A DNA stretch of 64,000 nt from Blastocatellia bacterium (GTDB lineage Bacteria > Acidobacteriota > Blastocatellia > UBA7656), in NCBI GenBank assembly GCA_035249305.1, contig DATFGQ010000039.1, positions 21,305 through 85,304 on the forward strand, given 5' to 3'. The position numbers and the translations under genes were made by a program. This document shows positions 17,416 through 26,259 of this stretch, piece by piece; the stretch's first letter is position 1, and each line of letters opens with the position of its first letter. The notes under the pieces were generated by a model. It made no database searches, was not told the DNA's origin, and worked only from the letters and a program-made list of their open reading frames with translations.

Positions 17416-18606
17416 TTATACGAATTGACTCAAAGCGGCATGCACGTCTTTCGGGTCGAGCGATGACTTGAAGAGAATCAAGTTAGGCGGCAGCGTGGTG
17501 AGCGCGTCTCGGCTGCCGCGAAGCTCTTCCGACGCGGCGAGCAAGAAATTCGTGAACCCCGCGCGCTCAAACTCTATCAAACGGTCGATCAAGTATCGCG
17601 GGGTCCAGAACCCCAACACTTCGAGGTATACCTTCCGGCCCGAGCCGTGGCTCAGCGCGAAGTCGGGTATGAACGCGCTCTCGCCCAAATCGATGACTTC
17701 GTCGTTAGGCTCCAGTTCCCACGCGGAAGCGGCCCGGCTCCACCTCGCCGCGAGCTTCTCTACGAAAGCGTTTTCCATCGCAGGTATTTCGGCCTCGTCC
17801 GCGCGCAGGCGTGTCTGGCTGCTGTTCAGCTCAAAGAAGGCGCTGCCGCGCGTGCGCGACTCGATCTCCGTGCGCATAGTCCAGTCGCGACACCCGAGCA
17901 GCGCGGGCAGGAAGACCGCCATCTGCACGCCATATTTTTGCGACCGGTGAAAGATCGACACAGGCCCGCTCAACCGGATCTCGTATCCGGTTGCGGCGCT
18001 GCCGCGAACGGTATGGATCAAACGATAACGCTTTATCGCGTCGAACAGCCGGCGGTATCCCGCTACATCTTGAGGCGCAATCCTGATCTGCATCTCGACC
18101 GAGCGGTAGAGCAGCGCCTGCGCCTGCGACAGGTTGTAAAGGTCTATCAGCGCCGCGGCCGATAATTCTTCAAACGCGACAAGACGCTGGTTAGCGGCCA
18201 GGTCCGCGTAGAGATCGTCTATGACCTCTTCGGGGTCACACTCAAGCTCGACGGCCACGTCTCGGACGATCTCTTCGCGCGCGGCCGTGTTGATGGGATG
18301 GTGTGCGCGCGTTTTCAAAAAGAGCGCGCGGCGAATGTCGGCGGGGGCGACCCTGGCGCCCGTCTCGAAGACGGATCGATCCGTGAGCAGCTTGATAAGC
18401 CCGCGAAGAATCTTGTAGTCGGTCCCGGACCCCACGTATTCATCGAGGACTTCATCGAGCGCGGCGCGGCGTTGACCCTGGTGCTCGCGGAACAGCCGTA
18501 TGAGATCGTCGGCGACGCGAAGATAGTTCGCATCGTCCGCGTCGATGTAGCGCGGCCCCGTCGCTCGGCCTCGCCGCCAGCTTAATGCAAGGTCACCTGT
18601 CAGCAT
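17416..18606 (-). CDS. DUF790-family (Bax1-like) nuclease, partner of the XPB-type helicase
   Basis: About 397 aa from the internal ATG at 18606 (MLTGDLALSW...). The longer ORF-track start at 18660 would be encoded by the tandem-heptamer hairpin. C-terminal nuclease-like region (EVLGFWTPRYL). Co-oriented immediately downstream of the XPB-like helicase, as in archaeal XPB-Bax1 pairs. Confidence 0.65.
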   Translation of the reverse strand: MLTGDLALSWRRGRATGPRYIDADDANYLRVADDLIRLFREHQGQRRAALDEVLDEYVGSGTDYKILRGLIKLLTDRSVFETGARVAPADIRRALFLKTRAHHPINTAAREEIVRDVAVELECDPEEVIDDLYADLAANQRLVAFEELSAAALIDLYNLSQAQALLYRSVEMQIRIAPQDVAGYRRLFDAIKRYRLIHTVRGSAATGYEIRLSGPVSIFHRSQKYGVQMAVFLPALLGCRDWTMRTEIESRTRGSAFFELNSSQTRLRADEAEIPAMENAFVEKLAARWSRAASAWELEPNDEVIDLGESAFIPDFALSHGSGRKVYLEVLGFWTPRYLIDRLIEFERAGFTNFLLAASEELRGSRDALTTLPPNLILFKSSLDPKDVHAALSQFV

Positions 18607-18680
18607 AATCAGTGCTGAGTGCTGAGTGCTGAGTGAGCGAAAATACTCAGGACTCAGCACTCAGGACTCAGGACTTATTT
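18607..18680. repeat. tandem-heptamer hairpin (TGCTGAG x3 ... CTCAGGA-type x4) between the helicase and nuclease genes
   Basis: gtgctgagtgctgagtgctgagtgagcgaaaatactcaggactcagcactcaggactcaggact. Same heptamer units as the termini of B-family elements. Forms a long imperfect stem-loop. Confidence 0.75.
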
Positions 18681-20073
18681 ACGTCCCTTTGAGTCTCGCG
18701 GGTTGGAACTGGCGTGCGTTGCTGCGCCGCTCGCTGATCCGCTCTTCGGCCGTGTCGGCGGTTACAACTTCGTAAAGTATCGCTTCCTTGTCGGGCTGCT
18801 TGCGCAGTATGCGCCCCAGCCGCTGTATGTGCTCGCGCGACGACCCGGAGCCCGACAACACTATCGCGATCCGAGCGTCGGGGATGTTCACGCCTTCGTT
18901 CAGGACCTTTGACGTGGCGAGCGCCAGCACGTCGCCGCGGTTAAAGGCTTCGAGCCACTCGCGCCGCTCCTTGACGGGCGTCTCGTGGGTGATGGCCGGT
19001 ATCAAGAGTTGCTCCGAGATGCGATAGACCATCTCGTTTTCCGCCGTGAAGATCAGGACGCGGTCCGCGCGGTGGCGCTTGAGCAGATCGACGAGCGCGC
19101 GCATCTTTGCGTCGGTCCCTAACGCTATGCGCTTCGACTCGCGGTAAGCCATCATCGCGCGGCGTCCCTTCGCGCTCCTGGCGCTGGCGGCGATGAACGA
19201 CTGCCACCCGCGCAGCGATGCGAGCGAGATCCCCTGCTCGTCGAGAAAGTTTCTGAAGACCGCCCGCTCCTCGTCGTATCGCGTGCGCTCTTCGGGGCTG
19301 AGGCGGACGTGCGTGCGGATGACGCTGTAGTCGGCCAGGTAGTCGCCCGCAAGCTCCTGGGCTTCGCGGCGGTAAACGATCGGGCCGATCAGCTCTTCGA
19401 TCATCGCGTCGCCGCCGTCGTTCCGCTCAGGCGTGGCCGTCAACCCGAGGCGGAAAGGGGCTATCGCCATCTCTGCGGCGTAGCGGTAGACGCTCCCCGG
19501 CAGGTGATGGCACTCGTCAAAGATCACGAGGCCGAACCTGTCGCCCAGCCGCTCCATGAAACGAAAAGCCGACGCGTAGGTAGCGATGGTGATCGCGCCC
19601 ACCTCGAAGTAGCCGCCGCCGATCAGCCCCACCTCCGCCTGAAAGGTCGAGAGAAGCTGGTCGTACCACTGGTTCATCAGGTCGAGCGTGGGGACTACGA
19701 CGAGCGTAGAGCGATTCGTCAGCTCAATAGCCATCTCGGCGACGTGAGTCTTGCCCGCGCCCGTGGGGAGTATCACGACGCCCCGCCGGCCCGACTCGCG
19801 CCACCTGTCTATGGCCTCCTGCTGGTAGGGCCGGGGTGCGACTTCGAGCTTCGGGCGGAAATCGAATTCGTGGTACGAGCGCGCCTCGTCCTGGTAAGAG
19901 AGTTTCTGGCGAACGAGGTCTCTGACCACCTGGCGGTAAGCCGAAGCGGGCGCGCGCCACCGGCCCACGCGCTCATCCCATCTGAGCGCGGCAGAGACGG
20001 GCGCGCGCTGGCTTGCGCCATCAAGAATAATCGTGCCTGAATCGAAACGGAGTGCGAGAGCAGGTCTTTCCAT
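18679..20073 (-). CDS. XPB/Ssl2-like superfamily-2 DNA helicase
   Basis: 464 aa. N-terminal damage-recognition-like domain. Walker A VILPTGAGKTHVA. DECHH box (FDECHHLPG). TATPERNDG. C-terminal helicase domain (VLSGSGSSREHIQRLGRILR). Followed by a DUF790 gene. Confidence 0.8.
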   Translation of the reverse strand: MERPALALRFDSGTIILDGASQRAPVSAALRWDERVGRWRAPASAYRQVVRDLVRQKLSYQDEARSYHEFDFRPKLEVAPRPYQQEAIDRWRESGRRGVVILPTGAGKTHVAEMAIELTNRSTLVVVPTLDLMNQWYDQLLSTFQAEVGLIGGGYFEVGAITIATYASAFRFMERLGDRFGLVIFDECHHLPGSVYRYAAEMAIAPFRLGLTATPERNDGGDAMIEELIGPIVYRREAQELAGDYLADYSVIRTHVRLSPEERTRYDEERAVFRNFLDEQGISLASLRGWQSFIAASARSAKGRRAMMAYRESKRIALGTDAKMRALVDLLKRHRADRVLIFTAENEMVYRISEQLLIPAITHETPVKERREWLEAFNRGDVLALATSKVLNEGVNIPDARIAIVLSGSGSSREHIQRLGRILRKQPDKEAILYEVVTADTAEERISERRSNARQFQPARLKGT

Positions 20074-20125
20074 GCCGAGGGAATATTATACCAGCTTGGC
20101 ATTGTGATTGACCCGGCTGCTTGCG

Positions 20126-20542
20126 CTACGGTTTGATTAGCTGCTGGCGGCCGTCGTTGTTCGTCAATCTCAATAGAGTGTCCGCGCCTTCGGCTTTCAA
20201 CAGCAGGTGCGTAGTATCGGAGGCGCCTACAATTCCAAGCCCACCGCCCTGCTCCGAGGCGCCGAGTTTCACTTCAGGCCGCCCTTTGGCATCGATCAGA
20301 CGGAACATGACCGTTTCAGGAATCCCTGTCTTACCGTCCGGCATCTTGGCGGCTGGGTCCGCCGGATGGAGCTTGATGCTCGCCCGAACTTTGCCCTGGT
20401 CGTCGACGATCTCAAGCGAGCGGCCACGCAGCACCTGGGGTACGCCTTCGGCCGTGGCCGGGCGCGAGTTAATCAAGTTGAAGATCAAAAAGACGAGGTT
20501 GATCACCGTGAGGGCGACGGCGAGCCGTTGAGTTTTCATCAC
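20126..20542 (-). CDS. small membrane-anchored/secreted hypothetical protein
   Basis: 138 aa with N-terminal hydrophobic anchor LAVALTVINLVFLIFNLI. No recognised domain. Intermediate GC of about 58%. Confidence 0.5.
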   Translation of the reverse strand: MMKTQRLAVALTVINLVFLIFNLINSRPATAEGVPQVLRGRSLEIVDDQGKVRASIKLHPADPAAKMPDGKTGIPETVMFRLIDAKGRPEVKLGASEQGGGLGIVGASDTTHLLLKAEGADTLLRLTNNDGRQQLIKP

Positions 20543-20640
20543 TTTTCTCCTTTAGCCATGTTGAGGATTCAAGCATTAGACGCGGACGGCCGGCGATTTA
20601 TTCCCTAACTATTTCGCCGGCCTCAGTACGCCGTAGATTG

Positions 20641-21255
20641 TCACGTGTTGATCTTTAACCAGTTCGAGACGAGGAGGACGTAGTCGTTGTATATCAATTC
20701 CTTCTGATTAAGTTTAAGTTCGCGACATAGTAGAGGTAAATCGGCCTTGAAGCTCTTGTATCTTTCCCCAATAACGCTCCCGCTCGGAATAGAAGCTACG
20801 GAGTAAGTGCGGAGCCAATTACGAACTACGGTTATCACTCTCTTAGGATTATTCTCGTGCGCCTGAATATCCTGTCCAGCAATATCCGATATAAATCTCT
20901 GATACCTGTACTTCTTGCTATCAAGGATGAAACAAGCTTTGCTCGCTTGATCGCGCTTTCCGAAGTACTTCGCCCCAAGAAATGCTCCTAGCTCCAGCGG
21001 CATATTGAATCTAGGGAGCCTGGTGCTTCGGTCAATCTCAACACGCGAGAGATCATGAATGCCGAGTCTGCATTTCGAAATAATCTCGAATATTCTTTGA
21101 ACTCTAATTTGGCTGCCGTCATCCTCTTCCAGTGCGCAGCGGCTAATAAAGCCACAATCATAGACGGCGAAAACAATGGCATTGAACAATGGTTTATAAT
21201 TAGGGTCAAAAGGGCAGTTGATGAATACGTTAAACCTATATTTCGGTTCCGGCAT
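20641..21255 (-). CDS. Rossmannoid nucleoside 2-deoxyribosyltransferase-like / TIR-like domain protein with unknown C-terminal region; low-GC
   Basis: 204 aa. NVFINCPFDPNY ... RFNMPLELGAFLGAKYFGKRDQASKACFILD resembles the D-x-G-x-x-ELG-x-A catalytic signature of N-deoxyribosyltransferase/TIR-like Rossmannoid families. GC of about 45% against about 65% in flanking genes. Confidence 0.55.
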   Translation of the reverse strand: MPEPKYRFNVFINCPFDPNYKPLFNAIVFAVYDCGFISRCALEEDDGSQIRVQRIFEIISKCRLGIHDLSRVEIDRSTRLPRFNMPLELGAFLGAKYFGKRDQASKACFILDSKKYRYQRFISDIAGQDIQAHENNPKRVITVVRNWLRTYSVASIPSGSVIGERYKSFKADLPLLCRELKLNQKELIYNDYVLLVSNWLKINT

Positions 21256-21282
21256 TCTTTACTTTGCTCTTCACGGGTCCGA

Positions 21283-21441
21283 GGGTTAAGAGCGAGCCGA
21301 GCTGACACGGCTACTTGCCACTTTTTTGACTGCTTTCCTGACGGCGGCAGACGTAACTGTACCTGCCTTGGGCGGGTTCTTAACAAATCTTCCGCTCCTC
21401 GCAGAGCGTCTTGCGTACTTCTTAGACGTACTTTTAGCCAT
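21283..21441 (-). CDS. small basic protein (52 aa), possible DNA-binding/regulatory partner of the 20641-21255 gene
   Basis: Not in the ORF track because it is under 60 aa. ATG with a GGGA-type RBS. MAKSTSKKYARRSARSGRFVKNPPKAGTVTSAAVRKAVKKVASSRVSSARS. Lys/Arg-rich. Same strand as, and 27 bp upstream of, the low-GC Rossmannoid gene. Confidence 0.35.
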
Positions 21442-21520
21442 AGTCATTCCCGGTCGTTGTTAAGACTGATTAATGATAAGGCTTTTGCGCAGAGCTCACA
21501 ACAGCCTGGCGCGCAAATAA

Positions 21521-23824
21521 TCAGCGATTGCCAAATCGCAGCCTGACGCCGAAGCGGGCGAGCAGCGGCGGGCCGACCGTCCTGACCGGCGTGCGCCCGA
21601 TGTCGTACTCTTGATCGAATAGATTCTCTGCCGCGGCGAAAAGCTCTACGCCGCGCCCGACCGCGCGCGAGACGAACGCGTCGAGCGTGAAATAACGGTC
21701 AAGCTTGAGGCGGTTCTGATCGTCGTCAAACTGCACGCCGATCGCGCGACCTTGCAGCCCGACAGTTACGCGGCGCGGGTTTGAGTACCGCGCCTGGAAG
21801 GTGAGCTGGTGACGCGGCACTTGCGGGAGCCATAACCCTTCGAGCAGCGTGTTGGCGGGAAATTCGAGCACGGTCGCGTCCGCCAACAAGTAGCCGCCCG
21901 AAACCGTGAACGTGTCGGTGACGGCCGCCTCCGCTTCCAACTCGACCCCGCGGGAGCGAGTGCGGCCCAGGTTCTGCCGCTGCCGCGTTATCAACTCGGG
22001 CGTGACGCTCAAAGTCACGTTGGCTATCGGCCTGGCGATCTCGCTCCAGAAAAACAGACCGCGCACGTTGATCCTCCGATTCAATCCCGCTACCGCGGCC
22101 CCCGCTTCGCCCCCGGTGAGCCGCTCGGCCTGAAGCGCGTCGTTGGCCAGCGTCAGGACGTTGCCGACCCTGAACGCGCGGTAGAGCTCGTTGAGCGTCG
22201 GCGCGCGAAACGCGCGGTAGCCCGAAGCCGTAAGCGATACGTTCTCCGTCAGCTTGTGAAGCAACGACAGGCGCGGGCTGAAGGCCGTCTCGCTCCTCTC
22301 CTCAAACTCCCTGACTGTCGGAGGCGAGGGTAGCGCGAGCGGCGTGCTCGTCGAGATCGCGTCGAAGTTGCGCCAGCGGTCTACGCGCGCGCTCGCGGTC
22401 AAAAAGAGCCGCCGCGTGATTCGCACGATGTCCTGGCCGAAAAGGCCGAAGACGCGTTCCCGCCCGCCCGCTCCCACGGTCGACGTCAGCCGCCCCGCCA
22501 CAAAGACAAGCTCGTCGCTCGCCCCGCGCACTTCGCGCCAGTCGAGGCCCGCAACTAGAGTTTGATTCGCGCCCGCGGGGCGCGACCACTGAAGGGCCAA
22601 CCCTGTCTGCTGCGCGGGGACGCGCTGGCTGCGCGTGAGCGTTTCGGTCGCGCGGTCCAAAGCTATGGCTGAAAAATCCTGATCGAATATTTGAGCGCTG
22701 GCGAACAGCCTTGCCGTAAGCGAGCCCGCGCTTCGAGATTGCCAGTCGGCGCCCAGCGCCATCTGGCGGATGTGCGTCCGGTTCTGTTGTAAAGGGGTGC
22801 CGTTCTCGCGAGTCTCGCCGTAGTAAGAGCCGCGCGCGAACAGCCGCGCACGGTCAGCAATCAACCGCTCGACGCTGACATCGAGCGTCAGGTGATCGGA
22901 GGTAGCGCGCGTGTCGACGCGGCCACGCTCCGCTTCGTCGACGATGATGTAGCCGTCGGTGGAAAAGGCTTCGGCCGAAATCTGCCCGCCCAGCTTGCCC
23001 AGGCGGCCTCCCGCGAACATCGAGACGTTGGGCGTCGTCTGGTTGCCGTAAGAGGCTTCGATCGACGCCATCGGCGTGTCGTTGCCGTGAGGGATGAAAT
23101 TGACGACGCCGCCCAGCGCGTCTGTGCCATAGAGATGCGACGAGCCTCCGCGGACCACCTCGACGCGGCTGACCGATTCGCGAGGCACGCGCCCCCAGTA
23201 GACCCAGCCGCCGAAAGGGTCGTTGATAGGTATCCCGTCGGCCATCACAAGCGCGCGGCTGGCCCCGCTCGCCCCTACTCCGCGCAGCGACACGCCCTGC
23301 GCGGTCGGGTTGGCGGTGCGGCTTCCGGATCGGCGGAAGAGGCTGAAGCCCGGCACCTGGCGCAACGCGTCGTCGAGAGTCAGCGCGGCGGTCGTCGACA
23401 GGTCTTCCGGCGCGAGCACAATCACGCTGGCCGCCGTGTCGCTCACGCGCGCGACGGTTCGCGCGGCGGTGACCGTGACTTGCTCAAAGACGCCCTCGGG
23501 CGCGAGCACTATCTCCAGCGGCCCTTCGTCTGAGATAGTCCATCTCTTTTCAAAAAGCGCGAAGCCGCGCGCGCGCGCCTGGAGCTTTGCGCCGCCTCGC
23601 GGGACAGAGTCGAAGACGAAACGGCCTTCCGCGTTCGTAGTTCGAGACTCAGCGAATGGGCCTACGACCAGAGAGATTTCGGCGTCGGTGACCGCAGCGC
23701 CGGATTGATCGCGGACTACGCCCTCGACCCGCGCGCCTTCCGTGCATGCGAGATTTGCTTCCGGCATGCAGAGGGCGAGCAACAGCGCCGAGGCGCACAA
23801 CGAAAGGAAGCGGCGACCCCTCAT
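21521..23824 (-). CDS. TonB-dependent receptor with N-terminal carboxypeptidase-regulatory-like domain
   Basis: Start moved to the ATG at 23824, giving the signal peptide MRGRRFLSLCASALLLALCMPEANLA. N-terminal CarbopepD_reg-like region (VVRDQSGAAVTDAEISL). Plug domain. C-terminal barrel ending in RLRFGNR. Confidence 0.85.
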   Translation of the reverse strand: MRGRRFLSLCASALLLALCMPEANLACTEGARVEGVVRDQSGAAVTDAEISLVVGPFAESRTTNAEGRFVFDSVPRGGAKLQARARGFALFEKRWTISDEGPLEIVLAPEGVFEQVTVTAARTVARVSDTAASVIVLAPEDLSTTAALTLDDALRQVPGFSLFRRSGSRTANPTAQGVSLRGVGASGASRALVMADGIPINDPFGGWVYWGRVPRESVSRVEVVRGGSSHLYGTDALGGVVNFIPHGNDTPMASIEASYGNQTTPNVSMFAGGRLGKLGGQISAEAFSTDGYIIVDEAERGRVDTRATSDHLTLDVSVERLIADRARLFARGSYYGETRENGTPLQQNRTHIRQMALGADWQSRSAGSLTARLFASAQIFDQDFSAIALDRATETLTRSQRVPAQQTGLALQWSRPAGANQTLVAGLDWREVRGASDELVFVAGRLTSTVGAGGRERVFGLFGQDIVRITRRLFLTASARVDRWRNFDAISTSTPLALPSPPTVREFEERSETAFSPRLSLLHKLTENVSLTASGYRAFRAPTLNELYRAFRVGNVLTLANDALQAERLTGGEAGAAVAGLNRRINVRGLFFWSEIARPIANVTLSVTPELITRQRQNLGRTRSRGVELEAEAAVTDTFTVSGGYLLADATVLEFPANTLLEGLWLPQVPRHQLTFQARYSNPRRVTVGLQGRAIGVQFDDDQNRLKLDRYFTLDAFVSRAVGRGVELFAAAENLFDQEYDIGRTPVRTVGPPLLARFGVRLRFGNR

Positions 23825-23843
23825 CCGATTATCCTCCAGGCGC

Positions 23844-24314
23844 TCAGTTCGAGCTGGCTCGCTTTGCAGGGTCATCGGCGGGGTTCACCCACGTGGTCTT
23901 GAAAGGGCCGATGCCGTGAACCTGAACGATAGTCTCCTCTTTGGTCCAGGCGAAGTGAGGCGTCTGCTTCGGCATCATCATGTATGACCCGACAGTCAGG
24001 GCGTGTCCGGCCGACTCGTCGAACTTCTCGCCCTTGCCCATGTAGAAAGCGCCTTTGATGACCGTCAGGTGCTCGTCGGAGGGGTGCCAGTGCGGCGGGA
24101 CTTTAGCGCCCGCGACAAACTTGAGTCGCAGGACGAACGGGTCACCATCTTTGAGAGGGTTCCCCGACAGCACGGCAATCTCCGACCCAGGCCATAAGGG
24201 ACCCCACTTGATCGCTTCGGGCGCGACCATCTTATGTTCCGTCGCCGATTGCGCAAAGCACAACGCGGTCAGAGCTAAGACCGCCAGCGTAAGAAGAAGC
24301 ATCTGCTTTTTCAT
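23844..24314 (-). CDS. secreted cupin-domain protein
   Basis: Start at the internal ATG (MKKQMLLLTLAVLALTALCFAQS signal peptide). Cupin motif PPHWHPSDEHLTVIKGAFYMG. Confidence 0.65.
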   Translation of the reverse strand: MKKQMLLLTLAVLALTALCFAQSATEHKMVAPEAIKWGPLWPGSEIAVLSGNPLKDGDPFVLRLKFVAGAKVPPHWHPSDEHLTVIKGAFYMGKGEKFDESAGHALTVGSYMMMPKQTPHFAWTKEETIVQVHGIGPFKTTWVNPADDPAKRASSN

Positions 24315-24349
24315 GATAAGCGTCCTTTCGCCTGAATCAGGCATGCGGC

Positions 24350-25606
24350 TCATTTACGGTTCTTGTAAGTGACTCGCCAGATCTTGTTCGCGCCGTCGTC
24401 GGTGATGAGCATCGAGCCGTCTTTCAAGACGAGCAGCCCTACGGGGCGTCCGTAGATCTCATTACCGTTTTCGTCGGGCGACCATCCCGTGATGAAATCG
24501 TCGTAGCCGCCCGCGGGCCTCCCGTTGTTGAAACGTATTTGGATGATCTTGTAGCCGGTCCGCTTCGAGCGGTTCCACGAGCCGCGCAGCGCGACGAAGC
24601 CGGTTCCTTGATACTCGCGCGGAAACATCTTTCCGTCGTAAAAGGCTATCCCGAGCGCGGCCGAGTGCGCCTGTATCAAAACGTCAGGCACGATCGTCCG
24701 GCTCACCAGATCATCACGCCCCTCGGTGCGGCGCGGGTCTTTGTTCCGCCCTATGTAAGAGTAAGGCCAGCCATAGAAGCCGCCGTCCTTGACGGCCGTG
24801 GCGTAATCGGGCACGAGGTCGTCGCCCAGCCCGTCGCGCTCGTTGACGGTCGTCCACAGCGTCCGCGTGCCCGGATAAAAGGCCATGCCTACGGGGTTGC
24901 GCAATCCGGCGGCGAATATGCGGTGATTAGTCCCGTCGGGGTTGTATTCAGAGATGGCCGCGCGGCGCGGGTCCGGCTCCACGTTCACGTTCGATTCCGA
25001 CCCGACGCTGACGTACATCTTCGACCCGTCGGGGCTGAAGATGACGTTGCGAGTCCAATGCTGGCGGTAACCTTTGCCGGGCAGGTCGGCGATCTTCTCG
25101 GGCTCGCCCTCGGCCTTCGACTGGCCCGACCTGTATTTGAAACGCACCACGGAGTCCGTGTTCGCGACGTAAAAATAGTCTCGCCAGAAGGCCATGCCGA
25201 ACGGCTGCGTCAGGCCAGTGGCAAAGACCAGGCGCTCTTCGGGCGCGCCGTCTTTGTTCGCGTCACGCAGTATGGTTATGCGCCCGGCGCGGGATTCCGC
25301 GACAAACACGTCGCCGTTAGGCGCGAGCGCCAGCCAGCGCGGCTCTTCGAGATTGCCTTCGGCATAGGTCGCTATCTCAAAGCCCGCAGGGAGCGTGAGC
25401 CTTGCCGACTCGGGCATCGGAGCTACTTTCGGCGGGTTGACTGCGCTCCGCGTGGCGTTGGGCGGCGGAAGAGAGTCGGGCTTTATCTCGTAATGACCCA
25501 GCGACGAGTTGCTCGTGTTCTTTCCGTTCTGTTCGGCGGCGGGCTTGCGCGTCTGCCCGCAGGCGATAAGGATCAGCAGGTGAAGCGCCATGATCAGGGC
25601 TGTCAT
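24350..25606 (-). CDS. PQQ-dependent sugar dehydrogenase (sorbosone/glucose dehydrogenase, SGDH/YliI family), secreted
   Basis: About 418 aa from the internal ATG, which gives signal peptide MTALIMALHLLILIACG. Beta-propeller motifs GDVFVAESRAGRI and GSMLITDDGANKIWRV typical of soluble PQQ-dependent aldose dehydrogenases. Confidence 0.7.
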   Translation of the reverse strand: MTALIMALHLLILIACGQTRKPAAEQNGKNTSNSSLGHYEIKPDSLPPPNATRSAVNPPKVAPMPESARLTLPAGFEIATYAEGNLEEPRWLALAPNGDVFVAESRAGRITILRDANKDGAPEERLVFATGLTQPFGMAFWRDYFYVANTDSVVRFKYRSGQSKAEGEPEKIADLPGKGYRQHWTRNVIFSPDGSKMYVSVGSESNVNVEPDPRRAAISEYNPDGTNHRIFAAGLRNPVGMAFYPGTRTLWTTVNERDGLGDDLVPDYATAVKDGGFYGWPYSYIGRNKDPRRTEGRDDLVSRTIVPDVLIQAHSAALGIAFYDGKMFPREYQGTGFVALRGSWNRSKRTGYKIIQIRFNNGRPAGGYDDFITGWSPDENGNEIYGRPVGLLVLKDGSMLITDDGANKIWRVTYKNRK

Positions 25607-25737
25607 ACGGCGCGCGACGAGGGTTGAAACTCTGCACATGGCCTCGGACCTCAAAGTATTCTGGATGTCAAGAACTCATTTTCCCACGAAGGGCGCGAAT
25701 TTCAAACCGAACATTCAGGCATGGTATAATCGGCGTG

Positions 25738-25917
25738 ATGGCAAAGAAAAGAATCGGGGTCGATGTCCTCGTCGAAGACCACTTCTGGAATGACGCGCAC
25801 GCTTGCTACGTCTATTCGTTCTACTGTCCCGGCTGCCGCCAGCTAAAGATCATACCCGAGCTTGGAATACACCGCTGCGATTGCGGGTCCTGGCTCATAG
25901 TCCGCGACCAGCCTTGA
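25738..25917 (+). CDS. small Cys-rich hypothetical protein (zinc-ribbon-like)
   Basis: 59 aa from an internal ATG with four Cys pairs (CPGC...CDC). Weak call. Confidence 0.3.
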   Translation: MAKKRIGVDVLVEDHFWNDAHACYVYSFYCPGCRQLKIIPELGIHRCDCGSWLIVRDQP

Positions 25918-25960
25918 TACTCGTTGATGGCCTTGGTCGCGGACCATACCTGACCGCCTC

Positions 25961-26185
25961 TCAGCCTTCGCCCAGGTTTTCGCCCTGGATCTTGAAGAAG
26001 AGCTCAACCGTCACCTGGTATTCGATGCGGCCTTCGCGGACTGCGCCGTTCTGCTCGACGACTCTGAACCACCTCAACTCGCGAAGCGTCGTCTGCGCGC
26101 GATTGATCGCCACTTCGATGGCATGGCTGAAGCTCTGGTTCGACGTGCCGACCATCGTTATACCCTTGAAAACGTCATTCGCCAT
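25961..26185 (-). CDS. dodecin-family flavin-binding protein
   Basis: 74 aa. FKGITMVGTSNQSFSHAIEVAINRAQTTLRELRWFRVVE ... YQVTVELFFKIQ matches the dodecin fold signature. Confidence 0.75.
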   Translation of the reverse strand: MANDVFKGITMVGTSNQSFSHAIEVAINRAQTTLRELRWFRVVEQNGAVREGRIEYQVTVELFFKIQGENLGEG

Positions 26186-26259
26186 AATTGACCCTCCGGT
26201 TACTCACGTTGTCCATTCCAGTAGTATAGCCGCACGCGACGGTCGCGCGGAAACGGCCA

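Noticed and set aside
18607-18660. Longest-ORF start (18660) for the DUF790 gene
   Set aside because: The extra 18 codons are encoded entirely by the TGCTGAG/CTCAGGA heptamer hairpin (MLSPEYFRSLSTQHSALI). The internal ATG at 18606 gives the family-typical N-terminus MLTGDL...
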